NCBI RefSeq assembly: GCF_009914755.1
Contig: NC_060948.1
Direction: 5' to 3' (one strand)
From: the human T2T-CHM13v2.0 reference genome, Homo sapiens
DNA: 64,000 nucleotides
Within the stretch, counting starts at the first letter, position 1. Each line of letters starts with the position of its first letter. Under the pieces are notes generated by a model. It saw nothing but the letters and a program-made list of their open reading frames with translations. It was not told the origin of the DNA and did not search any database. Positions 61,367-64,000 of this stretch are shown in pieces. The translations under genes and the position numbers were made by a program.

Positions 61367-63471
61367 AGATCCATATTTTTTAAATGAAAAAAAATTTCAA
61401 AGGTACTCTGCTTGGTACAATAATCAAATGTATAAACTGAGGAATGAAACATAACCATGAAACCTACTTATAACTGCATATGGAAAATACAGAGGATAAT
61501 TTTTTAAATAACATATTTTGAAAGCCTTAACTAGTAATTTGAAGAGTTGGCATTTGAAAGGCCAGTATGAATATACCTTCAAAGCAGCAACACAGGTTCC
61601 CCATGAGAAAAAGCAAACACAGGGAAAATAAAAACACAAAGGTTCAATCTCTTCTGACCTTTGAAAGACACAGCACAGACAGTGGTCCTTAGGACGAAGA
61701 GCAGGAGACCCCTAATTCCGTCACCATGGCGATAGGGCATAAACATTGCTGGGTGAGGGCACAATCCACATTGTGAGGTCCAACTGCTGCCAGGAAGACA
61801 GGAGTGCTTTTACATAGACCGAAAGGTCATTGAAGGCTCAGAGTTTTGTTTCAAGAACTGAATCCCAAGCCCACACGTTATTAGGCTGCGCTTCTTAAAA
61901 CAAGTTATGAGATGGGAAAAAGGGCACCCACAAACATACGTATACATTATGTATATAATAATATACAGTATCATATATATAATATATATAACCTATGTAT
62001 AATATTGTTTTACATCCTGCATCTTATGTTATATATATTGTATAAAATATAATAATTGATAATATATAAGTTTTATATTTATACAATATGACATATAGTA
62101 TATATTATAATTTATGACATATATAATATATGTTATATGTCATATATAGAATATATTATACGGTTAATATACGTATTAAATATAAATTATACATTATATA
62201 TATTATATATAATATATCTGTTATATATAATACCCATTATGCATAATATATATATTATGTCTATGTTATATATAGTATAAAACAACATATAATAATATAT
62301 AATTGTATATATAAAATGCGACATATAATATATATTATATTTTATAACATATGTAATATATATTATATATTATATATAATACGTTGTATGTATAATACCT
62401 ATATTAAATATATATTATATGACTATGTTATTAATTACATGTCACATGTCTTATATATTATATATTTTACATAGAATATACCGCTTACATACAATATATA
62501 CTATGTTACCTATAATGTATATTTTATTACATGTAAAATAAAGAATGCAATATATTATGTATAATTTATAATATACCATATGTGGAATGTGATATATATA
62601 ACATATAATATATGATATATGATATACAGTGTATGATATATAACATACAATATATGATTCCTAATATATATGGTATACAATATATATTTTATGATATGTA
62701 TTCTATATGTTTTATATTCTGTTATATATAACTATTTGAAATTATATATAACTGTATAATATTTTATGTAAATATGTAATATAATATATATAACTATATA
62801 ATATATTATATATAACTATATATTATGTTATATATACTTTTATAACATAATTTACATAAAATATCATAATATAATATATATTATATTATTTCATATTACA
62901 TAATATATATTACATATCACCCAATATAAGTAACATACATAATATTATAATATCGATTATATTATGTTATATTAAATATCATATATGTCATGTATCATAT
63001 ATTCTATAATATATATTACACATTATATAATATGTATGTTGTCTATTATGTGATATATATAACTATATATATAATTATATTATTATACATATAACTAGAT
63101 AAACATGTAATTCTACATATTTTCATTTATAATATGTAGAATTATATAATCATATATAATTATTTATATTCTATAAAAAAATTTATCATTATATAAATTA
63201 TAATATATAAAAATTATAATATGTACTACAAATATATATATTATATATCATATATGATATAGTACCTTTGTTATATATCATAATACATATAAATGTGTAT
63301 TAAGTTATCTATAATTATATAATTTCATATATAAGATGTATAATATGTATCATATATTATATATGTTATGTAATATATATAGTATATATAAGATGACACA
63401 GGATAAATATTATATACTATGACATATAAAATATATGAGGTTATATGTTAAATATAAGGCATAGCACATAA

Positions 63472-63786
<315 letters not shown>

Positions 63787-64000
63787 AGATCCATATTTTT
63801 TAAATGAAAAAAAATTTCAAAGGTACTCTGCTTGGTACAATAATCAAATGTATAAACTGAGGAATGAAACATAACCATGAAACCTACTTATAACGGCATA
63901 TGGAAAATACAGAGGATAATTTTTTAAATAACATATTTTGAAAGCCTTAACTAGTAATTTGAAGAGTTGGCATTTGAAAGGCCAGTATGAATATACCTTC

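Overview
The whole 64 kb window is one uninterrupted, single-orientation tandem array of a ~2.42 kb composite unit (about 26.4 copies, measured periods 2418-2425 bp). Each unit has three parts: ~1.56 kb of extremely AT-rich degenerate (TA)n-like DNA, a ~290 bp minus-strand 5'-clipped Alu, and a ~570 bp unique-complexity segment (HSATI-like). This architecture, and the predicted 2,146 bp HaeIII fragment per unit, match human DYZ2/HSat1B satellite, most likely Yq12 heterochromatin. HSat1B arrays on acrocentric short arms cannot be formally excluded from sequence alone. No credible protein-coding or RNA genes are present; the ORF track is an artefact of the repeat. I did not find a new gene system. 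The interesting signal is array evolution read from unit-private variants: a very recent 6-unit (14,516 bp) duplication with a breakpoint in or next to an Alu, an older 3-unit echo, single-unit duplications, and an embedded divergent subfamily carrying ancestral Alu alleles. There is also a speculative cluster of TCF/LEF and NR4A motifs in each unit. Units are numbered by their Alu copy (unit n = Alu n plus the HSATI and AT-rich segments that follow it).
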